Shown one piece after another: positions 37,323 through 48,138 of a stretch of DNA of 64,000 nucleotides. Where the stretch lies: positions 3,590-67,589 of IMG/VR virus record IMGVR_UViG_3300037153_000221, one strand, 5' to 3'. Made by a program: the position numbers and the translations under genes. The notes under the pieces are model-generated. The model saw only the letters and a list, made by a program, of their open reading frames with translations. It searched no databases and was not told the DNA's origin. This DNA is from a virus. Within the stretch, counting starts at the first letter, position 1; every line of letters begins with the position of its first letter.

Positions 37323-37697
37323 TGCCGAGATACGAGCCGATCCCTGAACTAGAGTCCGCACGTTTGGAGTCCCAGGCGGCACGCAGGTGGTTCAACCTGC
37401 TGGACGAACTGGACTGGGTGGCGTACACGTTCGACCCCGTGTACGGACCGACCAAGGACTTCAACTTCGACTACGCGGCCGGGAAGGGCGCCAGGGTCAT
37501 CGCCGAAGTGCTCGCCCACCCGCGAGGCCACGAACTCGCGCAGCCGAGGCAGTACCCGTGTCCACGATGTTGGGGGACGGGAAAGCCTGGAGTCCTCGGA
37601 CAGCACGGACGACGGCTGGTGGGACTGCCCGACCTGTCAGGGCACCGGCAAGCTCGCCGACCGGCGCAAACCCCAAACTGGAGTCGTGAACTCGTGA
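37322..37697 (+). pseudogene. Frameshifted gene with a split DnaJ-type zinc finger
   Basis: CPRCWGTG in one frame, CPTCQGTG in the +1 frame; that frame ends in a GTGA overlap with the next gene. Confidence 0.45.
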
Positions 37698-37900
37698 CCG
37701 CACCCGACACTCACAAGTCGTCCACCATCACCGACCATCCCTTCACCCCGAGGACCGAGGCGACGCTGGCGCTCCCGATGTACCACGGCTTCGTCACCGT
37801 GGACCCCGAGCATCGCAAGCGCCTGCCGCCCAATCCATACCTCTGCGGCCACCCCGGCTGCAACCTGGCCGAGAGCGCGCACGAGACCACCACGAACTGA
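37694..37900 (+). CDS. Small hypothetical protein (H..C..C..H)
   Basis: 'DHPF...LCGHPGCNLAESAH'. Confidence 0.45.
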   Translation: MTAPDTHKSSTITDHPFTPRTEATLALPMYHGFVTVDPEHRKRLPPNPYLCGHPGCNLAESAHETTTN

Positions 37901-37910
37901 TAGCCTCACC

Positions 37911-39005
37911 AGGTCCGTCGCGGGCGCCTATACCGCGAGGTGAAGGGTCGGTCCGGCCGGGACAAGGGCCAGCGCAACCGTGCACGGCGGCGCAAGGTAC
38001 TCCCCGGCTGGGGCAACAGATGCCATGGCAACGCGGCTGATCTGCCCCCGTTCCCGCGACGGACTTCCTCACTTATACCTTGTCAAGTCCCGTCGCCTCC
38101 CCGGACGACCGAAAGTCCAACGGTAATCCAGGCGTAGGCGCCACCGGCTCCCCCACCCAGCCGCAGTTCAGGGGTTTCCACACGGCGGAACGCTGGACCG
38201 CTATGGTCAGACATGGGACGGTAAGCGTCCAGGGGGGCGAATTGTCACCGGGAGGACACCTTCTGCCCGGAAATCGCAAACACCGGAAGTTAGTGGCGCA
38301 CGGACGGTCCGGCCCGTGCTACAACGCTTCAGGCCGTCAGGGAAGACGGCTCGCCAGCGTCCTGACCCCCAGACGGCGCTGGCCTTCGAGAGAGCACAAC
38401 GGGGGCGGCACGCGACCAGCCTCCCCGCGTCGCGGCGCCGCCCTCGAAGTGTGCCGTCCGTGCCCGGCGCTAGCAGCCGGTCGTCGCGGACCCCCCGGAG
38501 TCCAAAAGTACCCCGCGCGCGCGTTGGCCCACGACGCCAGTCCGCAAATAGACCACAGCGCGCCAGGCCCGTCAGATGTGCTACGGTCCGCGCGAGTTCA
38601 CGATCTGGTCGCCTCGCCACCCGGCTCGCCGGGCGCCCTGGCGGCGGACACGAACTCTGAGCGACGGGGGCGGGCGAGCTTCGACGCCACGCCCGCCCCC
38701 CGAGCCTCCCCACTGGTGACCCGACGCCGCCACGGAGAGACACGAGGGGGAGATCGGGTGGGCGGCCCATCCCGCCGTGGCGCCGCCCACCCGAACGTCC
38801 AGTTCCGGCCATGCTCTGGGCGTGATAGCGTTCCGCGCGTGCGGGCGGACGCGGGTCGAAGTCGCGGCCCGTCCGCACACCCCTCGTTCCGCTCCGACGC
38901 CAATACCGGCTGGGACGCGGAGCACCCCCGACCGCCCCTCCACTCCACCTGGACTCCTGCTCAAGACACGGCCGGGGAACAGGCCGGGCCGAAGTGGAGG
39001 GGCGG
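37911..39005. ncRNA. Candidate large structured RNA or sRNA cluster
   Basis: At least six perfect 8-13 bp stems, some nested; no credible CDS. Confidence 0.5.
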
Positions 39006-39042
39006 AAGGCTTCACAAACGAAGTGTCCACTTGGAGGTGGAG

Positions 39043-40952
39043 ATGGCGTCGATACTCTGGCGAAGCAAGGACAAGGGCCGTCACGAATGGCTCGTGTCCG
39101 ACACCAACGACGAGGCGTACGGCCTCAACGTCGCGGTGAACACCCACCCGTCCGTGATCGGCGGGCACGACCAGCGGTTCGTGGAGACCCAGATCTACGA
39201 CCACGCGCAACCGCGCAACTCCCGTTGGACGATCACCGTGCTCGACCGCGAGACCGGCGAATCGTTCAGCTTCCACGAGAAGGGCGGCGAAGGCCAGAAG
39301 GCGCTCACCCTGCGCGCGCTCACCGTCGCCCGCGTCAAGCCGAGGCTGGCGGCATGACACGGCGAGAGAAGGACATCGTGCGCTACTCGCTCGCCTACCT
39401 GGCCACAGGTGACGGGCGCAAGGCCCGCAGCCACACCGCCACGAACCTGCCGCCCGAGACCCGGCGCGAGGTGCGCAAGATCACCGACAAGATGCGCCCG
39501 ATGGTGGTCGCCCGCGTCCGTTCGGTCTTCGGCACCAGGGGGCGCTGATGTACGTCGTGGAGATGACGAGCAAGCTCGCCATGCCGGTCGGTGACAGTGA
39601 CGAGCCGACCATGCTCGTCCAGGAATACTTCGAGACCTACGAGCAGGCCAAGGCGTTCATGGACACGCTGGAGATGAAGCGTGGACGGGCCATCAGCATC
39701 GAGCACCTGACGCTCTACGAGTGGGGGACCGAGCGCAAGATGGGCGCCGTGCTCCAGATCCGCACATGAACGACCACCCCACCGTCCACGAGATGTGCCT
39801 GGAGATCCTGGAGCGCCTGGACCGGATCGAGAACCTGGTCGAGTGGGTGCTGCGCGGCAAGCTGCACGAGATCCGCACGGCCGACATTCCGCGCGAGACC
39901 GACATCCATCTCGCCGGGGAGATCGAGCGGGCGCTGTATCCAGGAACTGAAGTTCAGCCGTAATGGTCGGCACGCACCAGCAGCGCTTCCGCTTCCAGTG
40001 TCCGGTCTGCTGGGCCGGGCCGGGCAAGCCGTGCGTCCACACCGAAGGTCCGCGCAAGGGCAAGACGTGCAAAGCCCACTGGGAGCGCTGGAAGCGCGCG
40101 AAGATCGCCTCGGACCCGGACAAGTTCCGGGTCAAGGCGGTCTGGTCCAGTCAATTCGAGTCAAACCGGAGAAGTCACTGATGAAGAAGCTGCTGTACGA
40201 CAAGTCGCTGCACGTCCACGGCTCGCTGCGTGTCCAGGTGGGCGGGGACCTATCGGCGAACTGGCGCGGCCCGGTCGTCATCACCACCTACGGCGGTGGC
40301 GGCGGTCAGCGCAACATCTACGGCACGAAGACCAGCGAGGCGCGCGCGTGGGCCATCGCGGTCCTGGAGGCGTGCAAGGTCGCCGACGACGAGTACGGCC
40401 TGGAGGTGGACGAGAAGGGCGAGGCCACCCTGATCGTGGACCTGGTGGACAACACCCAGACCAAGCGCCCGAAGCTCCGGTCGGCTGCATGACGCTGGAG
40501 CACAACCGCAGCGCGCCGAGCCGGAGCGTCACGGACATCGGACCTGGCGACTACATCAAGGTCGGGCGCCAGTGGAAGCAGGTGCGCTCGAACAGCGACC
40601 ATGGCGCCGACCGTCCACAGCGCGACGGCAACTGGCGCGTGACCACCACGGACGGCTCCACCTACTCGGGCTGGGGCATCAACCTGTACGCCAAGGCCGA
40701 GGACATGGTGCAGCGGTGACCGTCGAGATCGACACGCCGCAGACCGAGACCACGCGACCGCCGATCCGGGCGATACCGGGTCGGCGGCGCTACCGCGTCA
40801 CGATCATCAAGCCCGCCCAGGACATCGTGCACCGCCACCTGAGTGAGCCGATGGCCGACCAGATGGTCAAAGCGATGACCGGCGTCATGTACAAGCAGAA
40901 GGCCGACGAGACCGATCTGATCCTCGGCGTGAAGATCGAACCGGAGTTCTAG
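39043..40952 (+). CDS. Run of eight small coupled genes (39043..39357, 39354..39548, 39548..39769, 39766..39963, 39963..40181 zinc finger, 40181..40492, 40489..40719, 40716..40952)
   Basis: ATGA/TGATG/TAATG overlaps; 'CPVCWAGPGKPC...H..R' phage zinc finger in 39963..40181. Confidence 0.6.
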
Positions 40953-40974
40953 CTTCCGGCGTAGATTATGGGGT

Positions 40975-42288
40975 ATGGCCGTCACCCCACAGTCGCTGAA
41001 CAGGCATACGAAAGTCCTCCGCAACGCTGGGCTGCCAGACGACGCCATCGGCGTCCTGCTCAGCATGTCGCGCGCGGATGTCCACAACGTCACCGAGGAC
41101 CCGAACTACCCGGTCCCGCCGTGCATGAGCAACAACGCCGTCACGCGCTGCATCGACCCCAGTGGCGGCGGCGGGGGCGGCACCCAGGGACCAGAAGGTC
41201 CGCAAGGGCCGGAGGGTCCGGCCGGGCCTGCCGGTCCACAGGGTCCGGAGGGGCCTCCGGGTCCGCAGGGCCTGAAGGGCGACACCGGAGCGACCGGCTC
41301 CTCGGGCGCGCAAGGGCCGAAGGGCGACACCGGGGCCAAAGGTGTGGACGGCAGTCCGGGCGTAGCGGGCGCGAAGGGCGATCCCGGACCGCAGGGCGCG
41401 CTCGGCCCGCAGGGTGATCCGGGTCCGCAGGGCGCGCAGGGTCTTCAGGGCGTCCCCGGCGCCAAGGGTGACAAGGGTGACAAGGGTGACACCGGCGCCC
41501 AAGGCCCAAAGGGTGACACCGGACCGCAAGGTCCCGGCAAGGCCGGGCAGCCGCTGGTGTTCGAGTTCAACGCGGTGTCAGCCCTCAAGAGCGCGCCGGG
41601 TCCGGGCGAGGTGTGCATCAACGGCGCCTGGAACACGGTGGACACAATCTACCTGAGTGGACAGGATGCGGACGGCAACAGCATCGCTGACATCTTCAGG
41701 ATGGGCTACATGGGCGGCGTTGCCACGATCCAGCAGATCGGCACGACCAACCTGTGGAGGCAGTCCACAGCCATCGTGTATGTCAAGGCGGACGGCCATG
41801 TGGAGTTGGTCGGCCTGCCGTACCCGATGTACGCCGACACCGCCCTTCCTAACGCCCGCGTGCGGGTGACGCTCCTGCCGATGGTGCCGCTCCCGGTTGG
41901 TGGCGCCTACAACGACGTGCTCACGCGCGGCGAGACCGAGGAGGAACTGTCATGGCGGACGCTGAAGTTCCAGATCGGGCAGTCCTTCACAGTCCCCGGC
42001 GCCGTGAGCGCGGCGACGCTGCCGGTGATCTACGTGCCGGTGACGTTCCCGCAGGCAGTGAGGCTGGTAGGCGTGCGAGCGGCGCTCCAGTCCGGGACCA
42101 GTGTCGTGGCCCAGATGCAGCGCAACGGCTCGAATCTCGGCTCCCCGATCACCGTGACGCCGACAGCGGCCACGACGGCGTTCAGCCAGGCGCTCTCGAA
42201 TAACGACCGCCTCGGCGTGGTGCTCTCGGCGCCGACCGGCTCTCCGGTCGGCCTGTCGCTCACAGCGATCCTGGAGCACTCGGTCTAG
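40975..42288 (+). CDS. Collagen-like fibre protein
   Basis: Long G-X-Y run (about 41188-41537); beta-rich C-terminal domain. Confidence 0.8.
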   Translation: MAVTPQSLNRHTKVLRNAGLPDDAIGVLLSMSRADVHNVTEDPNYPVPPCMSNNAVTRCIDPSGGGGGGTQGPEGPQGPEGPAGPAGPQGPEGPPGPQGLKGDTGATGSSGAQGPKGDTGAKGVDGSPGVAGAKGDPGPQGALGPQGDPGPQGAQGLQGVPGAKGDKGDKGDTGAQGPKGDTGPQGPGKAGQPLVFEFNAVSALKSAPGPGEVCINGAWNTVDTIYLSGQDADGNSIADIFRMGYMGGVATIQQIGTTNLWRQSTAIVYVKADGHVELVGLPYPMYADTALPNARVRVTLLPMVPLPVGGAYNDVLTRGETEEELSWRTLKFQIGQSFTVPGAVSAATLPVIYVPVTFPQAVRLVGVRAALQSGTSVVAQMQRNGSNLGSPITVTPTAATTAFSQALSNNDRLGVVLSAPTGSPVGLSLTAILEHSV

Positions 42289-42327
42289 CTCGCGCGGGCG
42301 CTCAGCATCGTGTAGCATCCTGCGACA

Positions 42328-43184
42328 ATGAGCGATGCTGAGCGCCCCGACATCCGGCCGACCCGCTGGCGAGCGGTGATCGTGGCCGAGTTCACGACGC
42401 ACGACTACCCGGCCAGCGAGGGCAACACGGCCGCACGCCAGGCCAGCTTGGTCCGCGACGCGGCGATCCGAGGCGAGCGAGACATCAACTCAAGTCGTCC
42501 AGTAGTCCTCCTCCAGAACCTCGAACGGGTCGATGCCTAAGCGCAAGCTGGACTCGAAGCGTGCCATGACGATCCTGGCGGCGGTCCCAATAGACGGGGG
42601 CCTCACACGCCGGGAGGTGGCCATGGCGGTCAGTCCGATCTCCGATCAGACCGTCTACAAGTACCTGGAGCAGATGGTGCGCGACGGCTGGCTCAGGAAG
42701 GACGGCGGCGCTGTCAAGGTGTACACGCGCAAGTGGCACCTGGACCGCTGGTTCACGCCGATGCACCTCCCGACCGCCGTCTTCATCAACGAGGACGTGA
42801 TCCTCGGACCGTTTTGCCGGAACTGCGGTTGGAACATCGACATGCACGGAGGCCGGACGCGCCGCTGTCCAACCGACTTCAACCCCTTACTAGGCGGGAG
42901 AGCCTTCCATGGGAGCCGTGCTGTTCGCAGGGATCGAGAGCGTGACGGGTCGAGAGATCCGTCTGTGGAGCACGCCACTGGCGATCCAAGTCGCTGATGG
43001 TCCACTCCAGCGCGTCGATATACACCGAGGCGATGATGTGAAAATCGCCAAGGAGATGATGGGGTCCGTCTGCGTGGTGGCGCGCGTGAACGGCAAGCTC
43101 TATGTCGCGTTCGATCTGATGACGTGGCGGACCGCCAGTGTCGAGCAGAAGCGCGAACTGGAGTCCAAGGCGAGGGCTGCATGA
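42328..43184 (+). CDS. Three small genes (42328..42540; 42533..42997 wHTH + Cys/His; 42909..43184)
   Basis: 'LTRREVA...SDQTVYKYLEQMVRDGWL' winged-helix pattern. Confidence 0.5.
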
Positions 43185-43283
43185 AGGCTCCTCGCTGCTA
43201 CGTCTGCGGCGCCGGGGAAGACGCGCCGTGTGCCGGTCCGCCACCCGGCTATCGTTGTCCATTCGTTTGGAGAGGTGAGCAAG

Positions 43284-43613
43284 ATGGCAGTGATCGAGGA
43301 GACTCCGCAGGACGTGGAGACCCAGAAGGCGATCAACAACATCATCCAGATCTTCACGGAACTGTCGCACCCGGTGAGGGTGAGGGCACTGCTGTACATC
43401 CGTGAGCACAAGCAGGCATCGCCCGTGCAGATGGCCGGACCACTCGGCGTGAGTCTCGGAACCATCGCCTACCACATCCGGGTGCTGGAGGGGAAGATGG
43501 GGATGATCGAACTCAAGTCCGAGACTCGCGTCCGGGGCGCCGTCGAGCACACCTACAGGCTCACGACGAAAGGGCGCCGCATCCTGAAGATCGTGGACAA
43601 GGCAACGCAATGA
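43284..43613 (+). CDS. ArsR/SmtB-type winged-helix regulator
   Basis: 'LSHPVRVRAL...SP...LG..AYHIRVL...RVRGAVEH.Y'. Confidence 0.8.
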   Translation: MAVIEETPQDVETQKAINNIIQIFTELSHPVRVRALLYIREHKQASPVQMAGPLGVSLGTIAYHIRVLEGKMGMIELKSETRVRGAVEHTYRLTTKGRRILKIVDKATQ

Positions 43614-45041
43614 CAGCCTCAGAACTACTCGCGCAGTTCATGGAGGAGAACCGTCCGGACTACAGCGCCTACGCGATCTACATGGTGGACGAGCAGGACG
43701 TGGAGGCCGGGAAGACGCGCAGCGCCGACGACTGGCTCCGGTTCTTCGGCTACGACATGATCGCCAACGTGGACGCCGCCATCGTCGGCCTGGGCGACGT
43801 GCTGTTCGTCGTCAAGGACCGCTACCGCGAAGTCCCCTTCCACTACCACGGTGACGATGGGCCTGCCTAGCGGCTGGACTGAAGTTCCGGCTTCGGCGAC
43901 CTACAGGAAGCAGTGGGTGGCGATGTTCGGTACGGCGGTGCCCGTGCCGCGCGAGTTCCACCACCGCGACGGACGCACCGCGCTCATGGGCCGCGAGCCG
44001 TATGGACCCGACGACATGCGCTGGCACATCAGCGTGCGCCACGGCGAAGTCAACGTCGATGGTCGGATACCGACATGGGACGAGATGGTGGACACCGCGC
44101 ACGCGCTGCGGCCGGGCGTGCCCTTCGTGGTCGGTGTTCCGCCGCGCTCGTGGTGGATGAACGTCCATCCTCACGTCCTGCACCTGATCGAGACCAAGGA
44201 CCAGCCGCTAATCGCACGCTGGCGCGAGGAGCGGATGGGCACGCCGCCGACATGACGAACAGTCCGACTGAAGTTGTGGCGTTAGGCGCGTCCGGCGTGC
44301 TGGGTATCCTGGCCGCAGTGTTCTACGGTCTGGGCTGGTGGATGAACCGGAAGGAGCGACATGGCAAGCGATGACGGCGTGATGGACCACCAGGAGATGG
44401 TCCGGGCGTTCGGGATCGGCAACATGCACGAGGACCCGTGGCGCGATCCGGCCTTCACAAGCGACCCGCACGCCTACGACCCACGCGACGACCGGCCGAC
44501 GCGCCGTGAACTCGCCGAGGACGAGGAGTGGTGGCGGCGCCGGGAACGCAGGCTGGCTCGTGAACAGGCCACTGACGAGGGGTGAGCGAGCGGTCGTAGC
44601 CCTGGCGGTGATCGCCGGGGGCCTGGTGGGTGGACTGCTGCCGATGCCGTGGAGGCTCGCGCTGCTGCTCGTGGTGCCGATTGGTATATACATCAACGAG
44701 CGCAGCACGTACGAGAGCCGTTGGTACAAGGAACCGAAGGAGAAGAAGAAGTGATCGAAGTTGAACGTGACGAGCGGAGCTTCATCGTCAAGTCCGACGA
44801 CCAGAACGCGGAGAACCTGGCGCTGGACTCGGCCGTCCAGGTCGCGGCGCCGCATCTGGCTGCCGACTTCCAGTCCACACAGGTGGATGACGACGGCTGG
44901 CTGCGGTGGCGGGTCCAGCGCGAGGACTGGGAGTCGCTGATCGAGGTGCTGGAGGCCCTGGGCACCGAGGACGGCATCAATCCCGAGGAGACCGACGCCG
45001 CCGTGACCGAGATCGAGGAGGCGCTGAAGGAGCCGGTGTAA
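43610..45041 (+). CDS. Six small genes (43610..43870; 43851..44255; 44252..44374 TM; 44361..44585; ~44560..44754 TM; 44751..45041)
   Basis: Coupled ORFs; 43851..44255 has 'WHIS...PTWDEM...NVHP..LHL'. Confidence 0.55.
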
Positions 45042-45072
45042 CCTCGGACGACAGTTGGGGTAGAAGTCTCTG

Positions 45073-45106
45073 AAAGGGCCGCGAAACCCGCCATCGCGGC
45101 CCTTTT
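45073..45106 (+). terminator. Intrinsic terminator
   Basis: AAAGGGCCGCGA...TCGCGGCCCTTTT. Confidence 0.75.
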
Positions 45107-45262
45107 CCGTGTTTTGGAGCATTGGTCAGTTTCCTGCCCTTGACTTTTGGTCTGAGGATCTGAGAGGGTGCCGCTGCCGGTCGATCTGGACCGGCCACCA
45201 GGCGGCGTCAGGGAGTGGTTGGGACGGCCGCGCGGTGCCATATCCACAAGGAGGGCTAGCGC

Positions 45263-46708
45263 ATGAAGCGCACCCATCTCGTGCTCCTTGTGAGCACTCT
45301 CGTGGCCTGTCTCGGCGGTCCGTCCGTCGCGCAGGCGCTACCGGGCGACCCGGCCATCGACAGCCAGTCCCCGTTCCGTCTGGACGACCGCAACCTGGAG
45401 CCGGGTTGCTTCGTGCCCGGCCGTGGGCCAGTCGATCTGGACACGCATCTGGACCTCACGTACCTCATGAACGGCGAGATCGCCCGTGAGCTTCACGTCA
45501 CGGTCGATCACGACTCGCCGGTCAACGTGGACCAGGTGTTGGTGCCCTCGGCCATCGACGGCTACCAGGTGTACAACACGTTCACCAACACCGGGAACGC
45601 GAACGACATCGGCCCGAACTTCACGGCCGTGGACCTGTTCGCGCCGGACTCGAACGGCATCGACGGGCCTGATCCGATCAGCACCCGCGATGTCATCGTG
45701 TGCGTGTCGGACCACGGCGCCGCGCAGAACGAGCCGTACCAGCAGGAGGACGGCGGACTGGTGTCCGCGAAGAACCGGCCGATCATCGCCCCGCACGTCA
45801 CGGCGTTCGGTCAGTCGGCCATCGCTCCACTGAAGACCTACAAGATCGGCTTCGGCTACTCGGTCGAGAAGTGGTACACCGCTCCGTCGTACGACGGCGC
45901 CAACACGTTCCCGTTCCACCCCACGGTCACGGACCCCAACGCGGTTCCGTCGCCGACGTGGCTGGGCGCGCTGCCGTCATCTGTCCGGATCGCCCCTCGT
46001 CCCAACGACTTCGCGTATGACGCTCGTCGCGTCAACGACGTGGACCAGTTCGGCGAGGAGTTCGGGGACCTGAAGACCGACTACGGTCAGACGACCCGGT
46101 TCCGGCAGGAGGGTGACATGTTCGCCTGGACATCCTCCAACAACAACGAGCCGGACACGCTCGCGCACCTGATTACCCTCAACGCGCAGGGCGACCTGCC
46201 GATGAAGTGGTCGATCCGGCCGTCGCTGGCGTCGCCGTCCTCGCTGCGTGAAGTCACGTTCAACGACGCGGACTTCCGCGCGTGGGACAAGTCGTGGCAG
46301 GACTACTACTGCGGCAAGGGTCCGCGCCCGGCGATGCTGCTCCCGCCCGGCACGAACTCGCCCGATCCGCGCGACTGCGCCATCGTGGTGAACCCGCCCG
46401 TGTCGCAGCCCGCCGAGCCGGTCGTCAACGTGACGACTCCGGCGCCGGTCGTCAACACGACGGTGGTCCAGCCGCAGTGCGTGTCCAACCGCGTCATCAA
46501 CATGAAGTTCGGCAAGAAGGTCCGCAAGGCCAGCGTCCGCCTGAACGGCGTCACGTACAAGGCCCACAAGTCCAACGGTCGTCTGCGACTGAGCCTGTCC
46601 CTGCGCGGCCTCAAGGGTCTGCCGGGCCAGTACGTCAAGGTCACCGTGAAGACCCAGAAGCGGCACCACAAGGCGGTCAAGAGCGCCCGCCTGTACAAGC
46701 TCTGCTGA
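45263..46708 (+). CDS. Secreted protein with a basic C-terminal 'LRGL...LYxxC' domain
   Basis: Signal peptide (AQA); acidic core; P/T/V linker; AGGAGG RBS; own terminator (moron-like). Confidence 0.8.
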   Translation: MKRTHLVLLVSTLVACLGGPSVAQALPGDPAIDSQSPFRLDDRNLEPGCFVPGRGPVDLDTHLDLTYLMNGEIARELHVTVDHDSPVNVDQVLVPSAIDGYQVYNTFTNTGNANDIGPNFTAVDLFAPDSNGIDGPDPISTRDVIVCVSDHGAAQNEPYQQEDGGLVSAKNRPIIAPHVTAFGQSAIAPLKTYKIGFGYSVEKWYTAPSYDGANTFPFHPTVTDPNAVPSPTWLGALPSSVRIAPRPNDFAYDARRVNDVDQFGEEFGDLKTDYGQTTRFRQEGDMFAWTSSNNNEPDTLAHLITLNAQGDLPMKWSIRPSLASPSSLREVTFNDADFRAWDKSWQDYYCGKGPRPAMLLPPGTNSPDPRDCAIVVNPPVSQPAEPVVNVTTPAPVVNTTVVQPQCVSNRVINMKFGKKVRKASVRLNGVTYKAHKSNGRLRLSLSLRGLKGLPGQYVKVTVKTQKRHHKAVKSARLYKLC

Positions 46709-46733
46709 TCCGCACGAGACCAGCGGAGAAAAT

Positions 46734-46761
46734 CGAGGGGGTCGCTACGGCGGCCCCCTCG
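46734..46761 (+). terminator. Hairpin terminator
   Basis: CGAGGGGGTCGC-TACG-GCGGCCCCCTCG. Confidence 0.6.
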
Positions 46762-46947
46762 GTCGTTCACTGGACTGAAGTTCGGACGTAGTGGACCGAG
46801 CAGCCGGATCGCGGGCCGAGTTTGCTACTCTGCGAACCACCTCATGCTCTTGGGGTCAGGGCGCACGGCGGCGGCGATGATGGGAGGCGCGGCCACATGG
46901 GACGGCCGCGCGCATCGTCGCCGCAGCGTCCTGTAGCATGGCGCAAC

Positions 46948-47463
46948 ATGGGCGTCTACACGGGGGTGGGGAGCCGGAAGGCTCCGGCCGAGATCCTTGA
47001 TCTCCTCTGGCGGGCCGCTGTGGCGCTGCGTAAGGACGGCTGGACGGCCCGGAGCGGCCACGCCGAGGGTTCGGACCAGGCCGTCGAGAACGGGGCGCGA
47101 GCGAGCGCGGAGATCTACCTTCCGTGGCCGGGGTTCAACGGGCGCGTTCTGTGGGCATCCTTCGTGATGGCTCGCCCCCAGCCCGAGGCGTTTACCATCG
47201 CACGGGAGTTTCACCCTAACTGGGCCGCGTGCTCGACGGCAGCCCGCGCCCTCCATGCCCGCAACGCTCACCAGATCCTCGGACCCGACGTGCTCAACCC
47301 CGTGCTGCCGACCTTCGTGCTCTGCTGGACTCCCGGCGCGCGCGTGCAGGGGGGCACGGCGACGGCGCTGCGCCTGGCCGAGCACTACGGAGTGGACGTG
47401 TACAACCTGGCGCTCGCCACGGCGCGCGGCCGGATCGAACGGTGGACAAGGGAGGCGGCGTGA
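46948..47463 (+). CDS. SLOG/DprA-like nucleotide-binding protein
   Basis: 'YTGVGSR', 'SGHAEGSD', 'IYLPW', 'RNAHQILG', 'GGTATA'. Confidence 0.7.
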   Translation: MGVYTGVGSRKAPAEILDLLWRAAVALRKDGWTARSGHAEGSDQAVENGARASAEIYLPWPGFNGRVLWASFVMARPQPEAFTIAREFHPNWAACSTAARALHARNAHQILGPDVLNPVLPTFVLCWTPGARVQGGTATALRLAEHYGVDVYNLALATARGRIERWTREAA

Positions 47464-47747
47464 TAATCGCAGGCGTGATCGTGGTCATCGTGGCGGCATA
47501 CTTCATCCGCCGCAGGCGTCGGACGGGCCAGTGGATGGACCTGGGCTAGCCCGCTGCGTGCTCTGTCACGCGGAAGTCGAGTGGAGGGGCCTGATGCCGG
47601 AGCGCTGCGGTAGCTGCGGCGCGCGCGGAGGGATGCGCGTGCTGCGCGTCCACGGCAAGCGCTACGACCCCGAGGCCGACTGGGCGCGGGTCATCGAGAA
47701 CCTGCGCCGGGTGATCGCTAAGCACGGACGGAAGTTGGAGCTACCGC

Positions 47748-48104
47748 GTGAACAGAGAAGCCAAGCTCGAAGCCCTGTACAGCCAGCTACCGAGCCTCGA
47801 CTGCCTGGGATTGTGTAGCGAGTCGTGCCACTTCATCGGGATGACGACCTTGGAGCACTCGCGCATCAAGCGTACGTCCGGGCACGACATCCAGTGGACG
47901 GACTCTCCGTGCCCGGCGCTGAACTTCATGGGCCGCTGCGACGTGTATTCGATGCGCCCGATGATCTGCCGGTTGTGGGGCGTGGTGGAGGACATGCCGT
48001 GTCACTACGGATGCAAACCCTCACCGAGATACTTGACGAGGGAGGAAGGTTTCAGCTTTCTGAGGAGAGCCAGAGAACTCTCCGGACCGCAATCCATCGG
48101 ATGA
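47748..48104 (+). CDS. YkgJ-like Cys-cluster (Zn/Fe-S) protein
   Basis: 'C...C..SC...CP.L..GRC.VY..RP.ICRLWG'. Confidence 0.75.
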   Translation: MNREAKLEALYSQLPSLDCLGLCSESCHFIGMTTLEHSRIKRTSGHDIQWTDSPCPALNFMGRCDVYSMRPMICRLWGVVEDMPCHYGCKPSPRYLTREEGFSFLRRARELSGPQSIG

Positions 48105-48138
48105 TCCATCAACTACTGATGGGGAAGGGAGCAGGGAA

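Noticed and set aside
37955-38050. HDV-like ribozyme (GGCCGGG/CCCGGCU P1 followed by GGGGCAACA)
   Set aside because: No P3/L3 with the UCC needed for P1.1, and no clear P2; kept only as part of the structured tract
38080-39042. 5' part of the 425-aa ORF 38080..39357
   Set aside because: R/P/G-rich with poor codon pattern; the real gene likely starts at ATG 39043 after GGAGG
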